Of a DNA stretch of 64,000 nucleotides, positions 26,264 through 38,624 are shown piece by piece. A model generated the notes under the pieces. It did no database searches. It was not told where the DNA came from and was given only the letters and a program-made list of their open reading frames with translations. Both the position numbers and the translations under genes were made by a program. This DNA comes from Ramazzottius varieornatus (Eukaryota > Animalia > Tardigrada), in NCBI GenBank assembly GCA_001949185.1, contig BDGG01000003.1, forward strand, positions 4,833,092 to 4,897,091, in the 5' to 3' direction. Each line of letters begins with the position of its first letter. Position 1 is the stretch's first letter.

Positions 26264-28554
26264 GTTGAGAGGTGTTTCCTGCAAAGAGATGATTAGTATA
26301 ACGTTAGAAAAGCCTGCGGCAGAAATAAAAGTTGATTTTATCGGACTTCCAAAATATTTTCTTCATGCGAGCATGCTTACGGCTTTGCTAGGGCCAATAT
26401 CGATCCATTGATTGGTCGGTAAAGCATGGATGGACATTTTGATTAGGTAAAACTTCCAAACGGCGAATCACAATGGGCAAGAAAAACGCCTAACCACGCC
26501 TACAACAGGCAAGGGCCCACAGATGGCGCTTTGTTACCACATGCATTACAAAAAACGCTTCCCGTTGATTAACGCCCTCTGCCGGACTCACCTAATTTAT
26601 TTCCACGGAGGCTAAGTCCCGACTAGGACTTGGAAAAATTTTCAGGATCTCGTAAGTCGTAACCTACAACACAAAGACAGCACATACCGTAATCTTCTCG
26701 CCTGCGCCAACTAGGATATACGCAACCTTAAAAACGGTATCGTTTAAGAGTTGAGAAGCTACTCTATCCTGGATAATCGTTCGGAGGTCAGAAGAGTAAC
26801 AGGACAAGACAATCTTGCGAAATCGAAGGACATGTGGACAAAGACGCCGTTACAGTCTGGCTGCCAGACGGCCTTCAGACATGGAGGACTAACAGTGTCC
26901 GCAAGACGAACTACGGAACAAGGGACGGCCAGGAACTTACCGGAGAAGTTAGAGATGATGGAGAAACGTCCAGATTCTGGATGAACCAGGTCGGAAGAAA
27001 GAAAGTTTTGTAGCAGAGCTTCCAAGTTGAAGATAAAAGTGTCGACGTTGAATGAAAATTTTCTAAGTCCCAGCAAGTCGATGCGCCTCACGAGCTATGT
27101 CCGCGTTTCACGCTGCTGCGCATGCGCGGCTCCGCCTCCCACAGAGAAGCTATTGACGTTTCTTTGCTCGCAGGTGGCGCCACTTTGGGATTTTCACAAA
27201 ATCTCCCTTCTGAAGTTCAGCAGTTCGCGAAACGCCAGGATCACGTTCCCTCCTGAACTAGCCACGACCAAGGTGCAGAGACGAACTGATTCATTTCATA
27301 CGGCTGGAAAAGGTGTTCGAAACTTACTTGTAGTACCTTACGGACGAGATCGACCGTGTAAATCAGGAGACCGAGTAGTCGCCACTCGCCACTCACCAGC
27401 GCCGGTTCGGGCGGGTATAAAAGCATCAGCGAGATCGTAACGTCGGTCAGCATGAAGCCCCAATGTCCGTCCAAAGGGGCAGCAAGCGCCGTCACCGTCG
27501 AACCGTTCGAGGCTTCCATTTCCAATACGAGCAAGAAATTTGGTTTCTTCCAGAACCGAGCTCTGTACAAAGGGTGCACGACTTTGCAGAGAACGGTGTT
27601 GTTAGAACCCCCATCGTAGAAACGAGAGTAGCGGAACATTTGTGTTCAAACATGCCTACCGAATTAGAGCTTCGATCAACCAGAAGCGGCTTCTAAAGGC
27701 CGAAAGCCGGAAGTCAACCAGATAGTTGTCATCCGTTGGAAATCCTTCCAGGACCCAGGACCCAGGACACAAGAGTTTTACCGCCATCTAGACGTAATAA
27801 AGAGCTGCCAGTGGACTTTCGAAGCAGTTGATTCCATGACGAAGATCCTGAATGTTTGTGGCACAAAACTCATCACAGGTTCAAAGGTAGAAAATTGTCC
27901 ATACGTTCATAGTCGTCGTTATCGTAATACTCTGACCATCAGTCGACTTCTTAACAATCTACCACAGAGCTCAGTAAAGGGAAACGTAGCGAAATTGAGT
28001 GTAATTCTTTTTGTTTTTTCTTGAAGGCTCAGACGTCAGCTTTCTGTTTTTGCGAATGTTACAGGGTTTCTCGGAGGAGGTTCCTTGCTAACTTCGTGTG
28101 GACGCGGATGTTTGTAAGAAGGCAACAGTAAGGGATGGAACGGTGCATGGCTTTGGCTGGACAGTTGAAGAATCATGTGGTCAACCACATTGAGACCAGC
28201 GAAACCGAAAGCATATTGAGCCATGAAGTTCTCAAGTATCATTCGAGTAAGCGATTACGGCCAAGCTGTTCTTTGTGGCTATTTATGCATGAAAGAGTCA
28301 ATTTATCTAGACGGCTTTGTGTAAACGACTGAGCAGAGCATCCTTTTACACGATCAGAACTTATCAGTCGGCGGCAGGTCTCATAATTACTAATTACTCC
28401 GCTGCGAACTGCCTGATATGTGATGATCTGTGTAATTGTTGGTTACACTAATTAATAACCTTTTCTCTTTCCCTTCTTTTTAGCCGACATGGCTGTATTC
28501 ATCATATGGATAGGAGAAAACTAAATCGCCGGTCACAAATTTTCTTCATGTCAG

Positions 28555-29189
28555 TACGAGGTAAACGGCATAATTCGGGCATGGCAATTTCCGACCCATA
28601 ATTCGGGCAACTGTTTTCTCCGTAAGGTCTGGACGGATCAGCGTTATTTGTGGTTTGCCGAGTGGAAAAACTTGTTTACGGTAGCCTTAAACAGTTTTGA
28701 GGATGATCTGGTGGACGGAATCCGAAAAACAGGACTCCAGCCAGAGGAGGGTATCGCTAATGTTAAAAAGCGTACGAAATGAGATTGATAAGGGCCACAA
28801 GAGGCGCTTGACTCGATTTATTTAACAACCTTCGTTGACGTCATAAACCTAAGAAAGCTTGATACTTTTGAAGCGGATTCCGCCAGTGATTACTCGTGGC
28901 TTCTCCTTACGCAGTGTTCACTGTTATCTTGTCTGACTGTTTACATGTAGACTTAAAAGCTTACTGACGTCCAGAAAATGTTGGAGCTTCTCGTAAGGAA
29001 AGCTATTTCCGTGTGTGCCGAATCCCATACCGCAGAACAGAACGTTAATGCAGAACACAACTGTAGCACGGTTATAGTCAGCAGCACACGCTAACCAGCA
29101 ACCTGACACGTGCTGCCACCCCATACCGCAGGTTTGCTCGAATTATGGGTCGGAAATTGCTATGCCCGAATTATGCCGTTTACCTCGTA
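28555..29189. mobile_element. Non-autonomous Tc1/mariner-type MITE (~635 bp)
   Basis: ~55-bp near-perfect TIR: TACGAGGTAAACGGCATAATTCGGGCAT.GCAATTTCCGACCCATAATTCG, matched by its reverse complement ending ..CCGTTTACCTCGTA. TA at both ends; no transposase ORF. Confidence 0.8.
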
Positions 29190-29199
29190 CTCTTTCTTC

Positions 29200-29300
29200 A
29201 AGGAGAGTTGGCTTTCTCAAATGGCGCATGTTTCCACTGTTACTGGCTGGAAGTGTGCGCCACTTAGGAAACGAATCTGGCCTAGTTCGTTCGCCGAATT
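29200..29300. repeat. Palindromic N25 element, 1 module (intergenic)
   Basis: CAAATGGCGCAT-N25-GTGCGCCACTT. Confidence 0.8.
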
Positions 29301-29989
29301 CTGTCTTGAACAGGGGATTGAACTTATTCAGAACAAGAATAGTCACAAACAATACAACAAGCTTAAGGCATAGCAGACAAGACGACCTCTTTTGTTTGGA
29401 GGAAAGAACCATGAAAGAAGTTTTGTTGATGGCCGTCGATAAAGTGTTGATCTGTTCGCGTCCGGCCTGATGGTTCTTGTCTGCTGCACGAAGTCTTGTA
29501 TCGAACTGAGGAGACCTCGCGTACAACCGCGTCGGCTGAAATGACGTGACTGCGGATCATCACAGGATAATGTAGGTTAACGTTGATTGCTCATTGGCAA
29601 AAATTCAAGTAAACGTAGCGACTGCTCTCGTAAACTCGAAAAACCGTCTTACAAACCGCCGCAAAACATTGGAAATCTGATATTGTCAAATGACCATCAT
29701 TTGAACACTCCAAAGATGGTCGTTAATAACTGCAGCTATTCTTCTTTGACACGTCTATTCAACAAGAATCTAGGTCCTTCATCCTGTTCCTAAAACCATA
29801 AAACCATAACGCAGTGCGTTAAATACAAACACAAGAAAAGCGTCACGTAAATAAACAGAGACATCTTATCAGAAACATTTCTAATATGAATATGAAACAA
29901 AACGTGAAACGGCTTTTATTCAGAAAAAGACTTCAAAACGATAAAACCATAGTTCGCGGAATTTCAATTGGGACGATAGCGAATGGATA

Positions 29990-30145
29990 CACGTAGATCG
30001 TTTCCCCAACTGGCGCACGTTTCCAGTCAGTAACACTGAGAAAGTGCGCCACTAGGGAAAAATTCTTGTCGAGTTTTGACATCGGTTTCTCAAGCGGCGC
30101 ACGCTTTCGGCCAATTGTAATGGAAACGTGCGCTACTTCAGACAT
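29990..30145. repeat. Palindromic N25 element, 2 modules (intergenic)
   Basis: CAACTGGCGCAC-N25-GTGCGCCACT; CAAGCGGCGCAC..GTGCGCTACTT. Confidence 0.85.
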
Positions 30146-31341
30146 TCAATCAGAGTAAATTCCTCTACCGAAGTCCCAATATCCGATATATTTCAAATCC
30201 GTTTCTTCTTCTTGTTGTTATTTGCCTGATTGATCCTGTGTACTTTATGCTGTTCTTGACAGTGAGAGCTTTTGCGAGAAAGTGCTTTGCATTGCCCGCA
30301 GATACCTTCAGAGGTCGAAGAGGGTGTTCGCACCGTAGTGCGCACGTACGACGTCAAGGGCAATGCCGCCGTCGGATCGTTCAAAGACCCCAAAGAACTC
30401 TACGGCAAGAATCGCAGAGGTCATGAAGAAGTAGACTGACGAAAAAAGTGAAACACGCAAGACAGTTCATTGGAACCCTCTGATGCATGCACGGCTGACC
30501 AAGAGCCTCGTAGAGCCCGCGACTAGCTCTTCCGACCGCACCACGTCGTAAATCACATCGACCTCGAAAAACCACCCAGGGAGAAAATCAAAACACATCT
30601 TCCACATCCCAAATAAGTTATGATCGGTTTTCGACCAGTTTGGTGTGAGGCAGTTTTCCAAGGACTGCGCGAGTTCTTGCGTGCAGTCGGTAGCAGTGAA
30701 GTCTTCAGTGGACGAAAGTGAGGTCTCCCAGCTCTAAAAACTAACTGATGTCTAAAATGTAGTTTGGATGAAAGCCATGTCGAATTGTGGTGATGTTACC
30801 AAGAATTTTCGTTCTGGGTGTTTTTCAGGATTGCGCGAGTTCATCGGGGGAATGGCTTTTTGGGTGTGGTTACGGTGGGAAGGTGTGGGTTTTGGTGGGC
30901 GATACGGTCAAGTCTGGGATCGTCGCGCTTATCTGGCCAACCTTGAGATTACAAAATGGTCGATCGTCTTCGTTGAGTGGCGCTAGCGGACAAGCGTCTG
31001 ACTCCGCCTGTGCTCTGCCGTCGTTGGCTCTTCGGTCTCGACTTTCCTCCACTTCTTACCTGCAGACTGTACAGCTGAAGCTAGGCGATCGAGCCGGCCA
31101 CCTTTTGGAAAAGAGCAAGATTCCTAACAGGTGAGCAACTTTTGGCCGAAGAGATCTCGAGACTTTACGATCTTGGCGATTTCATAGATGAGCAGGAAGC
31201 TGATAGAGATGTCTTGCTCATAGCTTTTTATGCGCCATTTTGATACACGGACAAACTTACCGGTCTATTTCCCAGCTGTTCCCAACCTTAAACTGCTTTA
31301 GGGAGAAAGTCAAGCAAGAACTGACCCAAGCTCCGGACAAG

Positions 31342-34300
31342 ATGAACCTGGACAACTCCAGCGCGCCGCTGGACTTCCACTCAATCAACCCCGGACAAAT
31401 GCAGTATTCCACCGGCATGGACATTCCAGCCGACAATGAAATTCCTTCCATGGTTGCCGAATACCTCAGCAAGGTAAGACGCTCGTCTTGAACCGTGGAC
31501 ATTTTGCCCAAGTCGCAGACAACACAAGTTTCGGCTAGACTTGCGCACAAGTCGTGGGACGTGGGCAAATGATGTCACCCAGATTGCTACTTCAAGTGGC
31601 GCATTTGTCCATTGATGCTGACTGAGAGCGTGCGCCACTTGGGAGAACCACCTGGGTGAATCCCATCCCCTGGGTGAATCCCAACCTAGCTAACTTAGTA
31701 GCTCCGCTGACTAAGTTAGCTAGGTTCGCGGTCCGGCTCATAGTGCGCCACTCGAACAGGGCAAATGGGAGGGGGTATGTGGAAAGAGCCCGATGTGATT
31801 TTGGGCATGTTTCAGGTAGTATCTTGATGATTTATGAGTTACCGTTACGTGCAGATCAGTTTAATGGTGTGTCGTATTGTTTTAGCGAATTGAATACGTA
31901 GTACTTGCGGTTAGTGTCGCAAGTCCTTTCAGTTTTGATGGCGGAGATGACCTTGAATAAGCGTGGTAAAGTTCCCTAAGAGAATTATGGTAACTTTGTG
32001 ACTTGAAGTTGCGGGGCCTTTTTCTAAGTTTCTTGATGTGCGGAAGGTCGAGGAAGATGCTTGTGTGAAAGTAGAGAAACTACTTTTAGAGTTGACTGAC
32101 CTTCGAAGAGTTCATTACTCGCATCGTTGCATCATAGCGTCTCCACGATGAGCGTTTACAGTTGCAAAGTCAGGTGTATCGTTCTGTACGAAGATCTGAG
32201 TGAGGAGGCTGGTAGGGGAGGTAGCTCATTCGTGACCAGAACGTCACGACGGGCAACGAAAGAGAAGCTGAGAGAAAGACAAGAGAAATTCATTCGGAAG
32301 AAGAAGGATATACCAGAAGATCATATTGATGAGTGAGAAATCTTGTTCCGGTTTGCACATCGTTTTCCGCCAGTTGAGAAGAGATACAGTAGAATTTGGC
32401 CTAAATAAAAACTTGATCACTGGTGGTTACTGCCATAAAGTCGAAAGCGCCGGCGGCTTCTTCGTAAAGGTCAGGGAAGGATTGTTTCTCTCATTCAGTG
32501 ATTATGTGAAATCATCTGACAGAGGCAATCAATCATCGAAACTCCATTGCTCTCCTTTGTGATCTCTGCTCTACCAAGAGACAGTCAACGATACTGCTTT
32601 CATCATGATCAGGAAGGCAAAGTCCGAAATTAGGATACTGTATCAGTTCAAACTCCGACTGCGATAATTTATTACCGATTTTGTGAACCACGCTACGATA
32701 TATTTGCGAAAAGTGACATGTCGGTGAACCGACCACATCGCGTCAGGAAACCAGAGCACTACGTTGTCTTCATCTTTGCCAGAAACTCTGAATCTTAAAT
32801 CTGGAATGTATGACTGTGAAACTGCAGTAAGTATACTTTTGCGCTGCTATTGGTTAGATATTTTCAAATACTCTCCAAATAACTTTGAAGAACACAAACA
32901 ACCCAGAAATGCAGATTCTGTGTTGCCGAAAGGTTTCTGATGAGGAAGAGCAGTCAAGATTGGAAAAAAGTGAGCAAGCAGTGAAGTGCGAAGGGTACGA
33001 TGAACCTGGCCGTAAGGCTATGTGGTCATGCCATATGCCAGTCGTGTGGAACGCCGAGGACGGCAAACTCTTCCGTTTTGTAACTTCATTATCATCTTTT
33101 GTGTCAGAAGATCAACTCTTGATGGCTACTCTCCGCTAAAAAAAACTTGACGAAAGTACCCAGAAAGTACCCCCTTTAAACGAAAGACATGTCTGCGTTT
33201 CTCTGAGACCTTTCAGAAGCTGAAATTTTAGACGCCAGAACATAGACTTTTTCACAAGCCGATTTGGTCCACCTACTCAGACCTTGTTACGACTTTACTT
33301 CCTCTGCATGGGTCATCTTGGTCATTCTCCCAGTCAGACAAGAAGTGCCAGAAAGTAAGCTCGAGGGAATCATCTGAAGACCTGACTAAATGGGAAAACA
33401 CCCGGCAAGATCGTTGTTGAAGTGGCGCACACTTTCAGCCAATCAAAAGCTAAACGTGCGCCACTTGGATAAACTGAACCAAATGGTTTTCTCAAGTGGC
33501 GCATTTTTCCCTACTTTATTGGGTGGAAGCGTGCGTCACTTGGATGAGCGAGTTGTCGACTCTGTTTGCCGAGCTCTCAACTTAGCCAACAGTCGCAACC
33601 CTGTTCGGTCTTTCGTGACGGCCCATGGAGAAAAGTCGTGCGAAAGTCGACCGGTGTGTTTCAGTTTCCAAAATATGGCCTTAGTATTAAAGGAGGTTAA
33701 GCTTTTAATAATTGAATCAAACATGAGATTAAACTCCGCAATCTTGTTTTGTACTTAGTTGGATTCTGAGGGCCAAATGGAAAGCTTCTTATCGAACAAC
33801 AGGTGGTCATCGGCGTATGGGCTTAATTTCTCTTGGCTGGCCACTGAAAATGACCATTTGTTACACATGATTAGCTTTTGCCGAGCACGGCCCCTATAAT
33901 TACCCAGCAGGTAGTCTTTTCCACGGCAAAAGCTCTGCAAGTCCCCCTCTTACTTTCTGAGACGCTTCCGTAATTCGCAAGAATGTTCTATAAGTAGTCT
34001 TTCGTCAAAGATGCTGGAGACGCTGAACAGAACGTCGCTGCCTTCTTTCTAAAATGTAGCCTACTTTTGACACTTTTGACACCAGGCATTGAACTTTTAC
34101 TTATCCGTAACGATCCTCGGCCACGGGCGATGAGGCTAATTACACTGGGCGGTAATTAGTGCGAGAAACGACTCAATGCCTGACAAAGTTTAGAATACGG
34201 AAGTGAACGGTCGAATGTCGCGACGACTGGGCGTTTTCAGGTGCTTACTGTTATATACAGATCTAGAGACCAAAAGTCTGTGGTATATTTGAATAAAAGA

Positions 34301-37300
34301 AGCACTCTGTCCATATACCTATTGTTGTGCCACGCTAACCGCATGTGACAATTTGCCTGGGACAACCTGTCACTAATCTACTTGACCACTGGTCCAATTG
34401 CTTTCTCTTACTCTCATTCTTCAGCCGCTAATACCGACATCATAATGCCATATCCATATCGCCAAGTCAGAACGTACTGTATGAGACTTACGGATCGTTT
34501 CCTGTTTCTCGAATGTCTTAGGGTCAAAAGCTGGAAGCACGGCAAAGAAACTCGAGTAGATGGTTCTCCCCCCTAGTGGCGCAAGTTTTCTGTGTTATTT
34601 GCTAAACGCGTGCGGCACTTGAAAAAGCGTTCTTGTCGAGTTTAGGCTGTTTTCCCAAGTGACGCGCGCTCTCAGCCTTACCGACTGGGAGTGTTCCTCA
34701 CTTGGAGGGGCAATCTTGTAAGGTTTGGCTGAAGCCATGCCTGGTCTCTACTGAATTTTCTTACAAAATTAATCTTCGCGTATCGATTTCCTAGAAATTT
34801 CTTATCAAATTTGGCGACTGGAAATACTTGGAAACTTAAGGTTTGCGCCAAATTTTATAAGATATGTCCGAAGAAAGATAGCGTAGGGATTTTATGAACC
34901 AGGTTGCGAAAAATATTTACGTTACTAGCTTGAGCAAACGGAGAAATTTGTGAGGCCTGGCAGTATTTGTGGTTACTTTGGACCGGGATAATCTTGTTCA
35001 AAGTCAGCTCCACCTGCCTCGATTTGCATTTATCTTTTTCGTTCTAGTCGGACTGAGATAAGAGTGAATTTCCGTAACGCGAACCGTAAGAGCGCTATCG
35101 CGGTAAACCACGTGAAGTAAAGGGATGAGGCGAAAAAAGTGAAGCTGGGCACACAGTCGCACCTTCATGTTTTCAATGATAAGAGTGGCGACAATGATAT
35201 TATATACATTGTGGTCTGTTCTCTTGTCCAGGATCTGACGTTGGTGGACGACGATTGGGCGGAAATCATGAGCTACATGATGGCCAACGATGCGGCGGAC
35301 CAAAGCATGGCTTCTTGCAATGTACGTAACAAACTTCCTGGTTCTCGAACAACAAATGATAAGATACAGACTGTGACGGGCGAACCCTGAAAACATATAC
35401 CCAGTCGAGTCACGATGTTTCATCATTTGAATATAGTACATACGAAAATCAAATGGGATTTCGTCAAATACAATCGACCAGATCGTTTGCCCAAGTGGCG
35501 CATACTCTCACTTAGTACCACCGGAGATGTGCGCCACTTGGATAAGGTCGGCCTGAACGTTTATCCAAGTGGCGCACTCCTCATCGATACTGCCTGGAGA
35601 CATGCGCCACTTTGGAAAACGATCTAGCCGAGTTTGTCTGCCGAGTTCCCGACTTTTGTTTGATTTTTTTGAGTTTACGGATGTCGGTGTCAAACCAAAA
35701 GATAAATTTTGGCGATCGCAGACAAAATTTGTAGCGATGAACGGAAGTCATCTCGGTTGATTCGGTGAATGGAGTTCTTGCGGACAAGAATTTTGAACCT
35801 TTCAACTATGACTTCCTGCTTTCGACATAGTTTATAATCAAAAACAGCCCAAAGCTACCTCAACTTTGTGATGCAAACACCTTCTCTCACCTGACCATAG
35901 AATTTACAGCAGACAAGACGTCTTCTACATTACTCTTCCGGTTTTTGCAGATGCCAATGACCGGCCCGATGAACTCTGGCAGCTCTGGCGTCGACATTGA
36001 CTTTGGTGGAATGTTCAACGATCACAGTAGCTCTTCGCAAGCTTCACTTTCACATCTTAATCACTCTAACCAACAGCAGCCGCCACAACAAACCACCCCA
36101 CAGCAGACACAAATGCCTTCCTACGACTGCTACCCACATCAACAGACGCAGCAATACCAGTCACGACCCCTCCAGTTCATGGATCAGTATAGTCCCATAC
36201 AATCACAACAGCTAGCCCAATTACCACAGTATTCCACATCGCTTAACCTTCCTCAAAACTCCAACGGCATGGCTTACTACGAGCAATGCCAGCCTCAGCA
36301 TATCCAACACCCACAGTCGCAGGACTTTGGACAGACGTCGCCGGTGTACCTTGTGGCGCAGACCGTCAAGAACATTGACAACTTTAACTTCGAACACTAT
36401 GCTTCGTTACCTTCTATCACCAACACTAGCCTCAGTCACCACATTCCTCAGAATGTCGTCAGGACCCTCTCGTCCTCATCCACCGGAAACTCTCCCAGCT
36501 CGCAGTCGCCTGTCAGCGAAGAAGACTACCACGACGTCACTGGCAGCGTAAGTCGTAACACTCCTTCCAGGTTGCAGTCTTTGAGCAATCCGTGATTCTC
36601 CGTGTAGAAGACCACGGCTGCCAGTCGTCGGAAAGCTGAGGCACCAGCTCAGACCAAGAAGAAGTCGGTATCGAAGCCTCGACGACGAAAGCGAGATCCC
36701 AATGAGCCTACCAAGTAAGTCGCTTCCGGCAAAACCTGCTGACGATTTTCAGTACGAGTAAAAGTATGTTTTTCTCTTCTGCCAGGCCCGTATCGGCTTA
36801 TGCCTTATTCTTCCGGGACAAGCAAGCAAACATCAAGGGATCGAAACCCGACGCGACTTTTGGGGAAGTGTCAAAGATCGTCGCACAAATGTGGGATAAC
36901 CTCGACCCGGAAAAGAAAAACGTAAGAAAATTAGCTCCCTTGGGGACTGCTGCAACTGAAAATAACGGCGAACAAACCCGACCAAATCGTTCTCTCGGGT
37001 GGCGCGCAATCGCAGTGTTCTTAGCTGCCAGCGTGCGTCACTTGAGAAACTCGATCTTGTCGAGTTTCTTCAAGTGGCGCACGTTGTTAGCCTCACTGGC
37101 TGGAAGCGTGCGTTATTAAGATAAACGATCTTGTCGACTTGGTTCACCGAGCTCCCAACTAAACACCGTCATGAACGTTGGGGTTTGTTTGTAGATGTAC
37201 AAGAAGAGGACGGAAGAAGCCAAGAAAGAGTATTTGCAACAACTGGCTGTCTACCGAGCTTCCTTGTTAAACTCTCCCGAGACCTTGTACATGCAGCCCA

Positions 37301-38264
37301 GCTTTGTCTCACGCAGTCCACCAGCGCAGATGACCAGCTACAACCGGAACATGTACTCGAACAACAATAGCCAGCATCATAACGGACTCAAGATCCACCT
37401 TCAGAATATCCCGCCTCAGATGAACACCACACGCTCGCCACCTCGCGGAAGTGCCCAAGATGAGTGTTTACAAATAACTTCCGGCTCTCCCAACGAGGTA
37501 CTGTAGCTCAAAAACTCCACGTCATTCGAAAACTGATTTGACTCGGCAACGAAACTCGCAGGATTGACGTACGAACTGGCGCGTTTTCGATGTTATCGAC
37601 TTGACTTGTGCGCCACTTTGGAAGAGCATCTTTTACGGAGTTTGATTGTTTTTCCCAAGTGACGTACGTTTGCAGTATCGTAGGGTGGTAGCGTGCGCCA
37701 CGTGTGGAGATCGATCTTGTCGAGGTTGTCTGCCGGGATCCTCAGTAATTCCGCAACTCCGTGTTTTGTTGCAGGGACGGCAAATGTACAGTAGGGTGAT
37801 GGATTCCGAGATGGTCAAGCATAACTACCTGGCCTCCAACCACATGACTAACGTCTGGGAGAGTCAAATCCCCATGGATGGAGATGGATTGGTCGCTCAT
37901 TGCAAGTATGTAAGAACCTCTGATCTAAGCTAACGAGTAAGGATGTTATTTTCCAAGCGGCGCACGCTTCTGCTTAGTGAACCTGAAAATGAGCGCCACC
38001 GGAGAGAACAATCAAACTCTTCAAGATCATTTCCCAACTGGCGCACACTTTCAGGCAATAACATGGCAGACGTGCGTCACTTGAAAAAACAAATCACTTA
38101 CCGAGCACATTTACCGAGCTTCCCTGTCACCACAAGTGACGAATCACAACAGCTTTCGATGAGGCAATAGCCAATGTAAGCTTCCTTTCTTCAGAGATAC
38201 TTACACGAACTGGATCCCCGGACAACAGCAGACGGTTCCCAACCCCGCTAAAGTGCTCATATGA
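31342..38264 (+). CDS. TOX: TOX-family HMG-box transcription factor, multi-exon
   Basis: Core exons 35951-36547, 36608-36714, 36786-36921, 37195-37497, 37775-37905, 38195-38264 encode [50 protein letters not shown]...[13 protein letters not shown]. Upstream exons 31342-31473 and 35232-35321 (both phase 0) are inferred from splice sites and frame only. Confidence 0.85.
31525..31760. repeat. Palindromic N25 element interrupted by an unrelated hairpin (TOX intron)
   Basis: CAAGTGGCGCAT..GTGCGCCACTTG, then an insert at 31651-31726, then GTGCGCCACT. Confidence 0.7.
33390..33580. repeat. Palindromic N25 element, 2 modules (TOX intron)
   Basis: AAGTGGCGCAC-N25-GTGCGCCACTTG; right end GTTTGCCGAGCTCTC. 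Confidence 0.88.
34538..34735. repeat. Palindromic N25 element, 2 modules (TOX intron)
   Basis: AGTGGCGCAA..GTGCGGCACTTG..CTTGTCGAG. Confidence 0.8.
35460..35652. repeat. Palindromic N25 element, 2 modules (TOX intron)
   Basis: Two CAAGTGGCGCA..TGCGCCACTT (spacers 25 and 24 nt); right end TGCCGAGTTCCC. Confidence 0.9.
36965..37160. repeat. Palindromic N25 element, 2 modules (TOX intron)
   Basis: GTGCGTCACTTG..GATCTTGTCGAG..CAAGTGGCGCAC; right end CCGAGCTCCC. Confidence 0.82.
37540..37742. repeat. Palindromic N25 element, 2 modules (TOX intron)
   Basis: ACTCGGCAAC..GTGCGCCACTT..GTGCGCCACG..GATCTTGTCGAG. Confidence 0.8.
37933..38125. repeat. Palindromic N25 element, 2 modules (TOX last intron)
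   Basis: CAAGCGGCGCAC..; CAACTGGCGCAC..GTGCGTCACTTG; right end CCGAGCTTCCC. Confidence 0.82.
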
Positions 38265-38624
38265 AAGACTCGCTCTGAAGACTGCGGAATGAGGAAGTCT
38301 TCCCAAGCCGATGACCAAAAGAAACGGTGTTAATCTTATCCAGGTGTCGAACCGCGAAACCAGACGCAATAATCCGCTTTTATGATATTCTTGCAAAATA
38401 ACATGCATGTGCATTGGAAGTATCATGTCAAAAATCAAGTTTTATTGTACAGAAAAAAATAACAAGCTCGAATCCATTATGCCATGCTGTTCTTTTGCGG
38501 CCCTATCGCAGGCCACGTTGTACACTTTTCACAATTCTTCACCGCATTTTTCAGTTTGTTGTACGTTTTGTTTTCGTGTACTTTTTCTGTTCCCTTTTTG
38601 TATGTTTTTATTTGTCGACTTTAA

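Noticed and set aside
27416-27696. TATAAAAG followed by short ORFs, divergent from TOP1
   Set aside because: The peptides are unrecognisable and have no splice support; not enough evidence to call a gene.
29143-33758. Many short ORFs sharing FPKWRT...VRHL peptides, looking like a protein repeat family
   Set aside because: They are translations of the palindromic DNA repeat, appear on both strands, and mostly lie in introns.
35460-35652. Repeat-spacer-repeat pattern with a constant-length variable spacer, suggesting a CRISPR array
   Set aside because: The arms are inverted, units occur only 1-3 times per locus, spacers share a common consensus, the context is eukaryotic introns, and no cas genes are present.
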